Shown: piece by piece, positions 49,840 through 61,735 of the stretch | Position numbering within the stretch: the stretch's first letter is position 1 | Layout: the number at the start of each line of letters is the position of its first letter | Origin: Takakia lepidozioides | Taxonomy: Eukaryota > Plantae > Bryophyta | Reading direction: 5' to 3' | Length of the DNA: 64,000 nt | Assembly: GCA_030704615.1 (NCBI GenBank) | Contig: CM060731.1 | Location: forward strand, 53,072,001-53,136,000 | Notes under the pieces: model-generated | The model's input: the letters and a program-made list of their open reading frames with translations, nothing else | What the model was told of the DNA's origin: nothing | Databases searched by the model: none | Translations under genes and position numbers: made by a program

Positions 49840-52800
49840 GCTTGCGGGAGTGAATCACCCTCGCAAGCCACGCGCTCCGAAGGAAAAAGCTAGGGATCAA
49901 GGTCCTGCAAGGCAAAGTGCCAGACTGAAGACGATGAAGACTACGATTCTGCATGAGGGCTCTTCTGAGGACGATGAGGACGATCCACTCCTCCCACGCT
50001 AGTGCGAGGCGAGTGCGTCGTCGGCGGATGCCACGGCAAGCCGAGGAGAACATGCCCATGCTCATGTCGCAGGACAAAAACGCCCATCATCTACCCTACG
50101 AACACCTTCTCCGTCTGTGAGTTATAGTTCTTCATAATGACCATGATTCAAATTATGTATGTTTTTGGTAAAATCACGAAGAGATAGGGTATGGTAAGAT
50201 CATGAAGAGATAGGGTATGTCTGTTAAGACAGGGAAGTTGGACAATGCAGGGGTCAGCCAAGGCACAATCACAAATGATTTCCACTAGACAAGTTGAAGT
50301 GCCAAAGGCATGATGTCAGGCCAATGTAGACTTCAGGTGTGTTCAATTCTTTGCCCCATGAAACCAACGTCCTGGTACTAAGCTACAATGGCTACTTATA
50401 GAGATACTTGGGTTACTTATGCACCCAGAATATCAGTAAAACTTGGAGGGATACTTCTCATGGACCCATCAGGTTTGTCCATTTGAATTCTTGCTATGGA
50501 TTTCAGGAACACCCCATACCTAAGAGGGTTCAAAAATGTACTGGGAGGACATCATTAGGGCCAATCAAATTTGGGAGATTTACTGCCCAAGATCATACTG
50601 AGTTTTGGGTAATCTTGTCTTTACAAATGATATGTGCTTCCAGTTTGTTATATTGAATTCAAGGATTTGCTGCTTGCTGTCTATATGTATGTGTAATCAC
50701 CCACATTGTACTGGGGAAATTTCTTTTCAGGGCAAGCACAAGCGTACTGGATCCACGATCCCTGCTGCTAGCAGTGGAGATGGCACCCACAAGAACGCAG
50801 GAGGTGGCCCTAACTCTCCCATCGTTGTGGGTTCTGTGCCACCAGTACCCCCACCTTATTATGGTATGCCTCAGTACCCACAGTCTGGCACTCAATATGG
50901 TCAGGGTCAATACGGTGCTCCTCCATATGGGCAGTATGGGCAGTATCCTCCTCCACCATATTTGCCACCCCCTAATAGCTATGGGGGTGGCAGGCCACCG
51001 GAATATCCTCCTGCTTATGGACAGTATGGCTAGTATGGTCCTCGGCCTTCTGGCCAACAGCCATGGCCACCAGTCCCTACTTGGCAGGATCCTGCTTTGA
51101 ATTCTCCTGAGCGCACGGAGCTGCCAAGGTGAAGGAAGAGAGAATAGCTGCAGGTCTTCCTCCCACAGTGATTTTGACGAACCTCAAAGGAGCCCCGTAT
51201 GGTCAGACCCGGAATGTATGGCACGCTGCCCTTAAAGGACAGGCTTATCGCAAGCTAGATTGTTCCCTTGCCATCAACAACCAACCTGATGAAGTTGTAT
51301 ACGAAATCAGAGATCACCTGGCTAAGCTATTTTCATATACGCCACACAAGTTAAAAGACTTCCACCTAAAACAAACAATTGGCAGAATAATGAAGAGCCA
51401 GCGTTATGAAGCACACACTGCGTGGTTGGGTGGTAAGGGGAAACCCATTACTGTATCTGATGAGGTATGGAACAAGCTTGTAAGTTACTGGCAGACAGAG
51501 GTGTTCCACAAAGTGTCGGGCAACATGAAGAAGACAAATGGTGCAATTCAGAATCCTACCAAGACTGGCTGTGGTGGAAGGCAATGGTGGAAGCACGCTT
51601 GGTAAGTGGCATCATCACGACTCTGTATTTTGTTCCTCATTGAATTGCTATGTGTATATAGTCAGCCCTCACATTGCTTACTGACTTGTGGCATGGGTTT
51701 GTTTGTGGCATGGATTAATTTGTAGGAAACACTATCAGGGTGCCCTCCTACATTATATGAAATTCAAGAGGGTTCAGTGTCACGGTTGTCAGCTGGGAGT
51801 GACAGGCGGGTAAGTGTGTTTTCCACGTTTGCTAGAGTGGTTGCTGCATCATAGGTTGCTAGGGTTTTTTTCAAGGCTTTTGGCCTGGGTTTTCTTTCCA
51901 ATGGTTGTTCATGCTAGGTTTTTTTTGTTTGACTCATACTTGGGCAAGTTTTCATGGATTGGTAGGAGAGAAGTCTCGCATATTCTACAGTAGTTGGCAG
52001 GATGGATGGCTTGGACAAACTGGTGGAATCACAATGACGTGACATGGCAGAATTAAAATTACAGATGCAGAGTATGATTGAGTACCAGAAAGCCATTGTG
52101 ACCAGATTGGGGATTAATCTACCAGGCGCAGGACCAGTGACATCTACGATGGATGCCTCTGCTGTGACAGTATCAAAATGTTTGGAATCCCAATTTTAGA
52201 CGGTAACTGGTGCTCAATCTAAGCCCTTATGTCTTCCTGTCACTGATGATCTTTTGAATTTGACCGAGCAGCAGCAGGATATAGGGAAGGCCAACTGCGA
52301 GGTACACGTGGAAATTCAGCCCTTGCCACGTACAAAGGCAGTAGCAGTCCAGGGGGTAATGGTGACAGAGCCGCCGGGCACACCGGATTCTGGTATGCAG
52401 GTATGTGGGAGTTTAAATGGGGAGGAAGATGCAGATGGGGACAAAACAAACAAGCAGGTTGCTTTAATTTCTCCTGCTCACATGTTGAAGCCAAATGACA
52501 GTTTACTTCCTGGACCAACGAGGAAGCATTTACTAATTCTGGACTTAAATGGTCTGTTATGTGAATCTTTTCATTCTGCTAATGGGCCTGCATCCCTTCC
52601 CAAAGGTTTTGTGGGGAAGATGTGTGGCAAGAAGATGGTAGTTTTGAGACCACGTTGTTATGAATTTTTGCAAAAGTGTTTTGAACACTTTGAGGTGGCG
52701 GTGTGGTCTTGTTGCCAAGCTCGCAACTTCTTCCCAATGGTGGACTATATTTTTGCAGCCCACACTAAGCTGGTTTTCCAGTGGGATGCCCTTCACTGTG

Positions 52801-53887
52801 ACGAGGATCTAGTCCTCCCATGCCGTAAGGGGTCTGATTCAAAGCCATTATATTTCAAGAACTTGTCTAGAGTGTGGGCAGACTGGCCAGAATGGACTTA
52901 TGATGACACTGTTCTTGTTGACGACACACCAAGAAAGGCGGCAAATAATCCTCCCTTCAGTGGGATTTTTCCAGAGCCATGGAAAGTGCAACCAGATTCA
53001 CCAACTGATGAGTATCTAACAGAGGTGTTGTGGCCTTTCTTGTGGAAGGCATCGAAAGCTGCCAGTATTCCCAAGTTTTTGGAGTCTCAGCCTGTTTTCG
53101 GACAACAACCATACAACACTGCTACTGTGAAGGTACAAACATTCTGACAGTGCTCCAGAGGCTACAATTTTGTGGGTTCATTCATTTCCTGGATGCTTCT
53201 CCTCGGTTGCTTGATTAATGCTAGGTTTTCTTTGCAGGTTTTCATGTTGGCTTTTTTTGTTTGATTCATACTTGGATTTTGTTTCTATTCACTATTCCTG
53301 TTTGCTCATTGCTTTCTTGGTTGTTCTCTGGTCTGTGACACAGGAACTTGTGACAAACAAAGGTGATATTGTCGACAAGCCGGTACAGACCAAGGGCAAG
53401 AGTGTCGACCCGGCGGGTAGCCCCCCAAAAGAGGTCTCACAACCACTGGAGACTGCAAATGGAGTAAGTCCAGGCCCTTGTTTTGTTTGTTTTATTTTTT
53501 CCAACCTTGGGGCTCTCTTTAATTCGCAAATGTTGAGTGTCATAGTCGTGTGTATGTCATGGGTTTTCACATCGTGTTCTTTTTTGTGTGGAGTTGGGAT
53601 CACAGTTCAGGGTGGGTGACGAGGTTCGGCTGTTGGATGTGAACTCCAAACGCAAGAAATGTGGAGTAGGGCTGATTATTGCTCTTCAAGGTGCTGTGGT
53701 GGGTTACGGGTACCCTGCTGTGCCCCTTGATTATGCCTGTGTGTACATCAAAGAGGCATGTGTCAGTAACACACCTCTACCATATGTGAAAGGTGTTAGG
53801 AAACATACCGAGTTGGGGCAGGTGGTTGGCCAGACAACACTTTGGAGTCTAAAGTTACTGAAACTTATGGAGCTGCGGAAGGGATAG
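49840..53887 (+). pseudogene. TnpA-like gene fused with an FCP1/NIF-type HAD phosphatase-like domain
   Basis: Exons 49840-50116, 50731-51601, 51726-51809, 51966-53132, 53344-53463 and 53606-53887, joined by GT-AG introns all in phase 0. Ptta-like KPITVSDEVWNKLVSYW..SGNMKKTN; FCP1-like KHLLILDLNGLL..LRPRCYEFLQKCFEHFEVAVWS..KNLSRVW..LVDDTPRKAANNPPFSGIFP; Tnp1-like last exon. Stops at 50000, 51031, 52035 and 52197; frameshifts near 51120 and 51580. Confidence 0.82.
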
Positions 53888-54489
53888 TCAGTATTGCACT
53901 GTTTAACAGAGTTCTTGATTCTAATAGCACTCGAACATACTAGCTACAACAATTCAGCCCATGTGTGGGCTTGCTTGTTTTTTGCTGGGCCTTTTGAGGC
54001 ATGGATTTTTTGACCTTGTGGCTTTTGAGGTGTCCATTGGGACATTGGTCTCATTTGGATTTTTGTAATGTGATTTATAGGGCTTGTATTGCCCTGTAGT
54101 TGACTATTTTCATTCTCCTTGTGATTGATAGTATGCAGGAGGGATCCATTCTGTTTTCATGTTGGAATTTCACCATGTAATGAAGAATTTAAATTATTTA
54201 ATTCACTTTCATTTTAAATAATAATATTAAAAATAATACCATTTTAAAAAAAAATTCCAATGCTGCAATCTCCCTGTTCTTTTAAATATTAAATGAAAAC
54301 TAAAATATAAAATATAAACTATTTCGGAAAACAATCTTGATTACATGTGGCATCACTCTTGCTCAAACCAGAACACGTGGCAGTATATGACACGACATTC
54401 TTTATCCATATTTTCACCATGTGTAAAGATCCGTAGTCATATATGTTAGTCATATATTTTGTCTGTGTGCCACATGTCACATTTCAAGT

Positions 54490-54850
54490 GCAACAGGTGT
54501 CCCGCTAACAACTCTCCATGTAGACATCCCTGTAGTCATATGAGCGAGTCATGTAGTCACCACGTGTAAAATCTGCCATAGCACACGTGTCCCGCTAGCG
54601 CTTCTCCATGTAGGCATCACTGTGCAGACATGTAGTCATATGATCATGGCAAGAAGTCGTGACATGTCAAATTCGTAGTGGCACACGTGTCCATCCGTCG
54701 CCTCTCCATGTAGGCATAATTTGCAGACATTTAGTCATATGATCCCCTGACGAATGCATGACGTGTCGCTTGTGCAGTGGCGCACGTGTCCCGCTGAAGC
54801 CTCTCCATGTAGGCAGCGCTCAACAGATGTAGTCATATATTAGTCATATA
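54490..54850. repeat. CACTA subterminal ~90-100-bp tandem repeat (4 copies)
   Basis: CACGTGTCCCGCT..CTCTCCATGTAGGCA..GTAGTCATAT near 54495, 54583, 54684 and 54784. Confidence 0.85.
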
Positions 54851-55048
54851 GTTGTGACTGCAACCCTCTCTGCAGCAGGACTCCAAATGCCACGCAAGCA
54901 GTCACGGATATGACTTGCAAAACACAGTCCTAAAGACTAGTCGCTATGACAGGGTTTTTTTCACTACAGAGTGATGTAGTCATGAACGCATATAAGACTA
55001 AAAAAATAGTCATATGTGAAGTCATAAAAACGTTCATATGTTGTAGTG

Positions 55049-55707
55049 AGAGCTTCCCTTCGATTCAGGAGAGTGGTCCTGGGCTTTCTCTAGATCTCCG
55101 ACTCCCTTCTTCGCGTACACCACCAGAACAGCATACAAGGCTCTGACATCTCCCAGCCCCCTCTTTGCCAAATGGAACTCGAAATGGCAATTTTACGGGT
55201 TTGTGGAGGAAAACTGGAAATTAATCTGGACATGTATCTGGGAAATAACAAGGCCAGCCAAGATGTCCGCCTTTCTAAGGCAAATAGCCAACAGAGTGCT
55301 TAAGGTGGGAGAATGGAATAGCCAACAGAGTGCTTAAGGAATTATCGGCTGCTAGACTAAAATTTCGCTGAGATCCATTCGTGCACAGATCGTGCACACA
55401 AAGAAACTTAGGACAGGTTCCAAGTGGCTCCCACATTTTAGATTCCTTGTAGATCTCACCAGTCCATAAGCGACTGCCTTCATTGAAAGCAACCCCCTAC
55501 GGTTGTGACTTCTACATAGGGCTTGTAACCCTAGGTCTTCTTCTCCCTTCGGAAGGTTAGTTCGTTCATCAGTGACTACGGTGTGTGTACCTCATGGTGT
55601 AATCTGGAGTTTTAATATTTTTCCCCACAATAAACTCAATAAAACTAATTCAGGGCCTTCCCCTGTTCGGAAGAAGAAGAAGAAAAAAAAAAAAAAAAAA
55701 AAAAAAA
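55049..55707 (+). mobile_element. L1 LINE 3' remnant (zf-RVT region plus poly-A tail)
   Basis: FFAYTTRTAYKAL..KWNSKW..NWKLIWTCIWEITRPAKMSAFLRQIANRVLKVGEW; (GAA)n and A-run at 55670-55707. Confidence 0.75.
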
Positions 55708-57134
55708 CTCTGTTCCTGTTCGTCCTGGTAGGGCAAAGGCCACCTTCCAGGTGGTCGTGGGTTCAAAGTTCAAAGCCAGGTAGCCCATTATGGCCAAGTA
55801 ACCGGTATAAAATGGAAGTACCGGGTCAACCGATACTTAATGTGTTGATACCTGGGGACTTCAAGTCCTTGGCCTGCAACCGCGTTGCCCCAGCCCGTTA
55901 TGACTTGTGAGTGTTAGAAAGCGTCCACCTTCCATACTCTTTGGGGCCCCAGTGATAAGTTATCCATCATGTCACCCCGGGCTATGCTCCCCAGGATCCA
56001 CTTGTCATCAATCCATCACCTGTACATTGTCTTTTTGTGCATTTAGTTCTCGCAGTGTTCCAGCCAATCCAAATACTTAGAATCATCAAGCCATCACTAG
56101 TCCAGGGATCGAACCCCAAAGTGGGTTGATCTGTTCGTGTCCATGAGTTGTAACGGCATGAGTTCGATTCTCGAGGTGATCATCGTAAATGAGCTACCTC
56201 CCGTTACTGTAGTCCCGAGCCACCCCACTATAGTCGGGCTATATTTGCCCTGCTAACAAGCAGTACAAATTATCCACCTCGTCAACTATCCGGGGCAGCA
56301 GACGTTAGCAAACATTTCGTTCTTCTTGTTTCATTTATACCTCTCAACCTCTCATGAATGTTTCTGGATACATGTACCCGTGACCGCAGCAGAGGACCTT
56401 CCTCGTTGACACCGTCCATTCCGAGTCAGTGATAGTCACGCAAAATCAACAAAACGAGTGAAAGTGGAAAGCAAGAATGTATCGCAATAGACTAAGTTTT
56501 GTGGACAAAAAAAGCGTTGGAAGTGCTTCTAGAATTTCCCCAAAAATTCTGCACGCTACGACTAGCCTCGCTCGTACTCTTTTTTCTTCATTGCGAGTCA
56601 TCAATTGCATGTCCGAAGATTCTGTGCAAGTATGTACCGACATCAGAAAAGTACAGAGAGAGTTCCTTATCGGCAAATAAAGATTTTGTCGACAACGATA
56701 AAGTTCTAACTTATCCCTTACTTTCATATGAAAAGGCAACGGATGGAGCCATGCATGCCGCAGGCTTGGAAAGCTTTTATAGTGTGTTTGTCTGTGAACA
56801 GCTTGTAGATACTTACCTTGGAATAGCTGGTGACATTTCCGAGTCAAGCGGGTTCCGAGCTTGGTCTACGTCATACCCTGTTGACCTCCTCCGTGTGTGA
56901 GCACCTTCCGTGTTGCACTGTTTGTATATAGTATCATTTCAGAGTTAGTTTGGGAGAACAACGGTCCACACTCAGTCGGACTGTATAAAGACGGGGAGCG
57001 ATAAGCTTCTGATCCCAGTAAAGTAACATAGCTGTTGATTAAGCTTGTTCTTATTGCAGTGCATCAAATTGTGGGTTTCATCTGTGTGTGAGACTGGTGT
57101 GAGACTGGACACAAGAAAGGCACAAGAAGCAGCG

Positions 57135-57865
57135 ATGGCGGTTGGAGGATCGTGGGCGTTGAGAGTCGTTCTAATTCTTTCTGTATCAATTTGTCATGTT
57201 ACTAATGCCGCACGGGACCTGACAGAAACCTCAACAACTGTCCCAAAACTTCCAGCCCAAATCAGCATACCTGCAGGATACGAGCTGAAGATGCTTCTCT
57301 CTGCAAAGGGCTACCAGTACTGGGAATTCGATGGATCGGCCTGGGTGAACAACAATGCAACGGCTGCATTGTATAACATGAAGAAGCAAGAGGTTGGGCT
57401 TCACTACTTCCTGCCGCACCCTGATAGTCTCGGCGGCCAGCCTAGTTGGGATACCCTCCCTTCGAAAGGATTCCCCTACAGCGCTGTGACATGCAAAGTG
57501 GAGGCGAAGGTTGTCGAGGCCAAGAAAAACGTCGCCTGGGCTCTACTCGGCGCCACGCAGTCTGCAGGAGACAAGTGAGTTTCTGCGCATGCACAAGCCT
57601 GACGCATTTCTGTCACATGACTGTCAATCTGAAGAGAATCTGAATTCACGACTTTTGTGTGTGGAAGAAGATAGAATGATCAATTAATCTGAGATCAATT
57701 GGAACCTTGTTGTTCTGCAGGAACTACTTCGGCGAAGTGGCGTACATCCAGCGTTACAACACTTACCATGGTGCTCAACCAGACCTCAAAGCCAGCGACC
57801 GTAAGGGCCACATATGGAAGTCACGCTACACCTGCATCTATGCATTCTACGTTAAGGCGACTTAG
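57135..57865 (+). CDS. Secreted DUF3455-family protein (194 aa; exons 57135-57574 and 57721-57865)
   Basis: Signal peptide MAVGGSWALRVVLILSVSICHVTNA; AKGYQYW..ATAALY..VGLHYF..PSWD..VAWALL..VAYIQRYNT..YTCIYAFY; canonical intron; TATA-like TATAAAG near 56984. Confidence 0.82.
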
Positions 57866-58122
57866 CCAGTGAAAGAATTGCAGAGCACACATCACATACC
57901 GAAGGACTTGCAAAAGATGTGTATCCTGACGATGCGCAACACTGATCAATCTCCATGCACTCTCTATTCCCTTTACCACGCATTTCGTCCGTCTGTCTCG
58001 ACTGTCGAAGGTGCACTAGTCTAGGAGGCTGCCTCCTTGGCCTCGCTCTTCACTGTGAAGTGTCTCAATTGACTTGTTAGTCAGTTGCGTAATGACTTGC
58101 CAAGTCACTTCCAGCTTAGCAT

Positions 58123-59220
58123 TGTAAGGTGACAATGTAAAGTACACGTAGGTCAATTAGTGACTAGATTCGTCCACGTAGGTCATTGTAGTGCCAGCTG
58201 GACTGTTATCGCAGCTGAATGGACTATCCTGCTGGCGCCTGTGTAGCTGTTTCTAAGACACCATGTAGAGAAGATAGGTATAGCAAGCAGCAGCTTGTCG
58301 TCAGATAGACTTTGTTGCATGCCACTTTGATTAGTACTGCCCTTGTGCAGAGTCTGTATCTCAAGTTTACTTCAGTAAAGCTACGGCACTCAATCGATTG
58401 TCATCTTTCTCAAATTTCATTAGGTTATGGGCCGCCTGTGGCACAAGTGTTTAAGTTCTCAGATGCAGATTGTTCTAGAGGACAGAAATCTGTTCGAAAT
58501 TATGAATGGAACAGAGAAGGAGCAAACAGTTGCGGAGGCGAAGGCAGACTGGAAGAAGAAAACGGCCGTTGATTTGCAAGCAGCATCTTCATGTAAAATT
58601 AACCGTGGCCGATTTGTAGGAGAGATCTAGATTGTCAATTGTTCATGAGCAGTTTTCTATGGATAATGAATTTCTTCTTCAGTATCAATTCTAGATATGA
58701 ATATAGATATAAGAGAGGAGGTCTGCAGAGTTGCTCATCAGATTTCAGTGACACAACATCTTGCACAGCAGGTTGAATTAGATTTTGGAAGAAGGTTACG
58801 GAGGTCGATGCTATCGTAAGTAAGATCATACGCAGCCTGCCACCACCATGTAGACATGTGCTAACTGCTTGGAGGAGCGTACCTGAAGATCAAAGAACAA
58901 GAAAGGTCTTGTACATTGACCTCCAGATTGTTGGATGCCCGTTGGGTGAAGAGAAGATGAGCAAGATTCATGTTGCCACCCAGAGTGAGTTGATGCACAA
59001 GGCCTGAAATTTCATCAAGAAGAAGGCTAAGGATCAGAGAGAAGACAGTGATTACAGATGTCACTTGAGGAGTTGAAGTCAAGAACGAAGTGCATTGATA
59101 CATGAGGAGAAGTTGGACAGTGGTCCAGGAATATTGTCCAAACAATCCAAGGATAAAGATATGAAGGCTGGGGACAATAGTGACAAGAGTGAAGCGAAGG
59201 TTGCAGAAGGCAAGAGTAGT
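58123..59220 (+). mobile_element. Degraded Ty1/Copia 5' fragment (LTR, PBS, gag)
   Basis: TG..CA segment 58123-58419, Copia-type PBS GGTTATGGGCC at 58423, gag-like QMQIVLEDRNLFEIMNGTE..DWKKK and KIIRSLPP..VLTAWRSV. Confidence 0.65.
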
Positions 59221-60009
59221 ACTGATTAACCTCTTTTATATTAATTGGTCAAGCCGCCGACAATTGGCTCAAGAAGTGAGACCTATTTGGTGACATTTTC
59301 TACAAGTTTCGCCATTTTGATCCATATAAAAATGATCCATGGAGAACGTCGACACTAACAAATACACTAACAGTTACAGCTAGTTACAGATGAATCTCCA
59401 TGTACATAACATGTCCAATTTTGATGCACAGTTAACTCTCAGTCTCAAGATAGCTTCTGGTTACCCATTCACTAAAGTATAAATTATATGATCATGAATA
59501 CTACAGCTCCATCTCCAGTCAAGGTTGAAATATATATACCCTTGGAGGAAACTGTGACTCATGAGCACTGAAGGTAGACAGGAGGTCGGTTTCCAGATCC
59601 GGCCCCGCGCGCTCACCCCCTAAGCAACGTGCTGTAGCGACAGCAGGAAACCATCTGATGTTTGTACCTGCACAGAGGTCCATTCACGTCCTTGGCTTTT
59701 TGTCATTTGCCTACGTGCAGGTAGCTAGCTGGAGCTAAGCATATTCTAAGTAGTAACTGAGTGTTATACATCACCCTCCATCGCTTTGGAAGTGAGTTGT
59801 GCTGAGTTATTGTTCGACTGTGCGGAAGTACATATTCAACAGCTGACCAGGCTAGAAAAGGGCGAACCGTAAGGCTACCAAAGTCGACTAGAACTACAGC
59901 AACCATTGTAAGTTTCAGACGTCTCAAGACTTAAGCTGGAAGAGGCAGCTGGGTGAGGACGTGGAAAGTTGAAACAAGAGATCGAGGGCGAGGGCCGTGT
60001 AAGTTGCAG

Positions 60010-60270
60010 ATTGTGAGTACTAATTCGCAGGGGTAGCCGCTTAATATTGATATTATGGAGGCGCACAGACCAAATGCAGCATCCATCCCTCGCCTGGGGC
60101 TCCCTGTATACCTACTCATAACCTCCTGATCACACACGCTAACTAAAAGTAGCAACATTAATGTGCAGCACTAGCACTAGCCAGTACACCAAAGCCCCAC
60201 ATGTTTTATTCCTCGTGGAAACCAGCTCCAAAGACCAAGGAGTTCCCGCACCACCCTCAGCGGAAAATCT
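60010..60270 (-). pseudogene. Inverted degenerate copy of lipase exon 1
   Basis: LVYWLVLVLH../SPRRG..GLCASII..GYPCE matches LVLWLVLVLH..NPRRG..GLCASIILVDGYPCE at 61736-61939; frameshifted. Confidence 0.82.
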
Positions 60271-61735
60271 GTTGCAAGCGGTAAAGGAATGATGGAAATA
60301 CTGACAAGTAATATATATGCTGCTTTGAATCCCCCCACATTGCAGGCACATTGCTCAGCTTATAAGCAAATTATGGCCCACTGCATTGACGGCTCGAGTG
60401 ACCATAAGATGAGCTCAGTTTGTCACCTTTTTCAAGTCTGGTGTGCCTTGTAACATGGTCTTTGTCTTTTCTCTGAGCCTTGGCAACGACCTACTATTCC
60501 ATGCGTGACTCCCTGCATGCTCAGGTACTAACGGGGTCGCTCCTCTTGTTGGACGGCTATATGGGTTTTAACTCACCTTCCGGGTTGGCTGAAGTTGCAT
60601 TGGCCTCTTGAATTAGAATCCCGGGTAGGTTAGTAGATTTGTTTTACTTACTGGGTCTACCTGTTTTTTCCTGGCGATTTGGACCTGGAAAATAGGTTAG
60701 CTAGTTGTACCGAAAAATTGGCCATATGTATATATATATATGCATATATAGCCTGTATGTGAAATATACCCGCCCAACACTGGGTGATGCTTCGCTTTTG
60801 GTGGGCCCTTTCACATTGCCTGGTAATGTAGGTCGCTGAAGGATGGCTCTGCAGCAATCCGACTACACTTGAGAATATGCCAACGAATGCGGTGGGCCCA
60901 TGTGCAGTGTTGTATGTACACATGTGTTTTTAGCAGGCACCGTCTTTGCACGACTGCGGCCGTTTCCCTCATGTTCGCTCTGTTGCAAGCCAAGCACTGC
61001 GAATCGTCGTTCCAAGCAGTGCAGGTATGTTGAATTGTAGGAGATTAATGGACCACTTTCAATCAATGAATGGTATTTGAAAGAAAGGTTGACGCCTGCC
61101 GAAGCGAGTGTGAATTATGGTGTAGACTTCACTTTGAATAGAATCTAGCTCGGTATATTGTTGGCGTGCCGTCGAAGACCGGATTTAAACCCATAACCAT
61201 GTTCACCTGGGCGTCATTTTTTACTTGTGGGCCATGCAGAAGATGTTATTGGAGTGACTCCAGAAAACTAGAGGAAAATTCGTGATAGATCTCCTCTGGA
61301 ATCCAGCTTAGAGTGGGGCTTCATGTAACTGGGATTCCGGCCTTCCGCCTTCAAACTCTGGCCGTCAACCTCTTAAGTCCCACACAAGAAACAAGGGTTG
61401 GATTCCGTCATCTGAACTCCACTGCTCAGATCAGAGTCGACGAAGCCGTCTGCTTGACGTCCACACAACTAGCGTGGTCCACCAAGTAGGCTGGTGGGAC
61501 CAGCTGAAGTCATAGTGTGTTCTGTTTGATTTGTGTGTTTCATCACACTGAACTACAGACCATTTCATTATTTTCATAGTTGTGTCGCTCTGTGTGGCAT
61601 CGTGAAAGTATAAGAACATGGCTGGATTTATGTTGCCGCAATATCTTGATACCCAACATCTTCCCTGCACCACAGCAGATCCGCCTGTGCAGAAGGGTAG
61701 ACTTCAGGGAAATTCTGCTCGGCTTCATGGAGTAG

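Larger units (their letters stand above)
49721..55048 (+). mobile_element. CACTA/En-Spm element, 3' portion; 5' end presumably in or before the gap
   Basis: Terminus ..CATATGTTGTAGTG (CACTACAACATATG on minus) at 55048, many GTCATA subterminal motifs, TnpA-like gene; its right flank is L1 coding sequence. Confidence 0.9.

Noticed and set aside
49164-49871. Long ORFs spanning 49164-49871
   Set aside because: Artefacts of the N gap.
56446-56900. 133-aa overlapping ORFs upstream of the DUF3455 gene
   Set aside because: No recognisable domain or splice structure; likely promoter or intergenic DNA.
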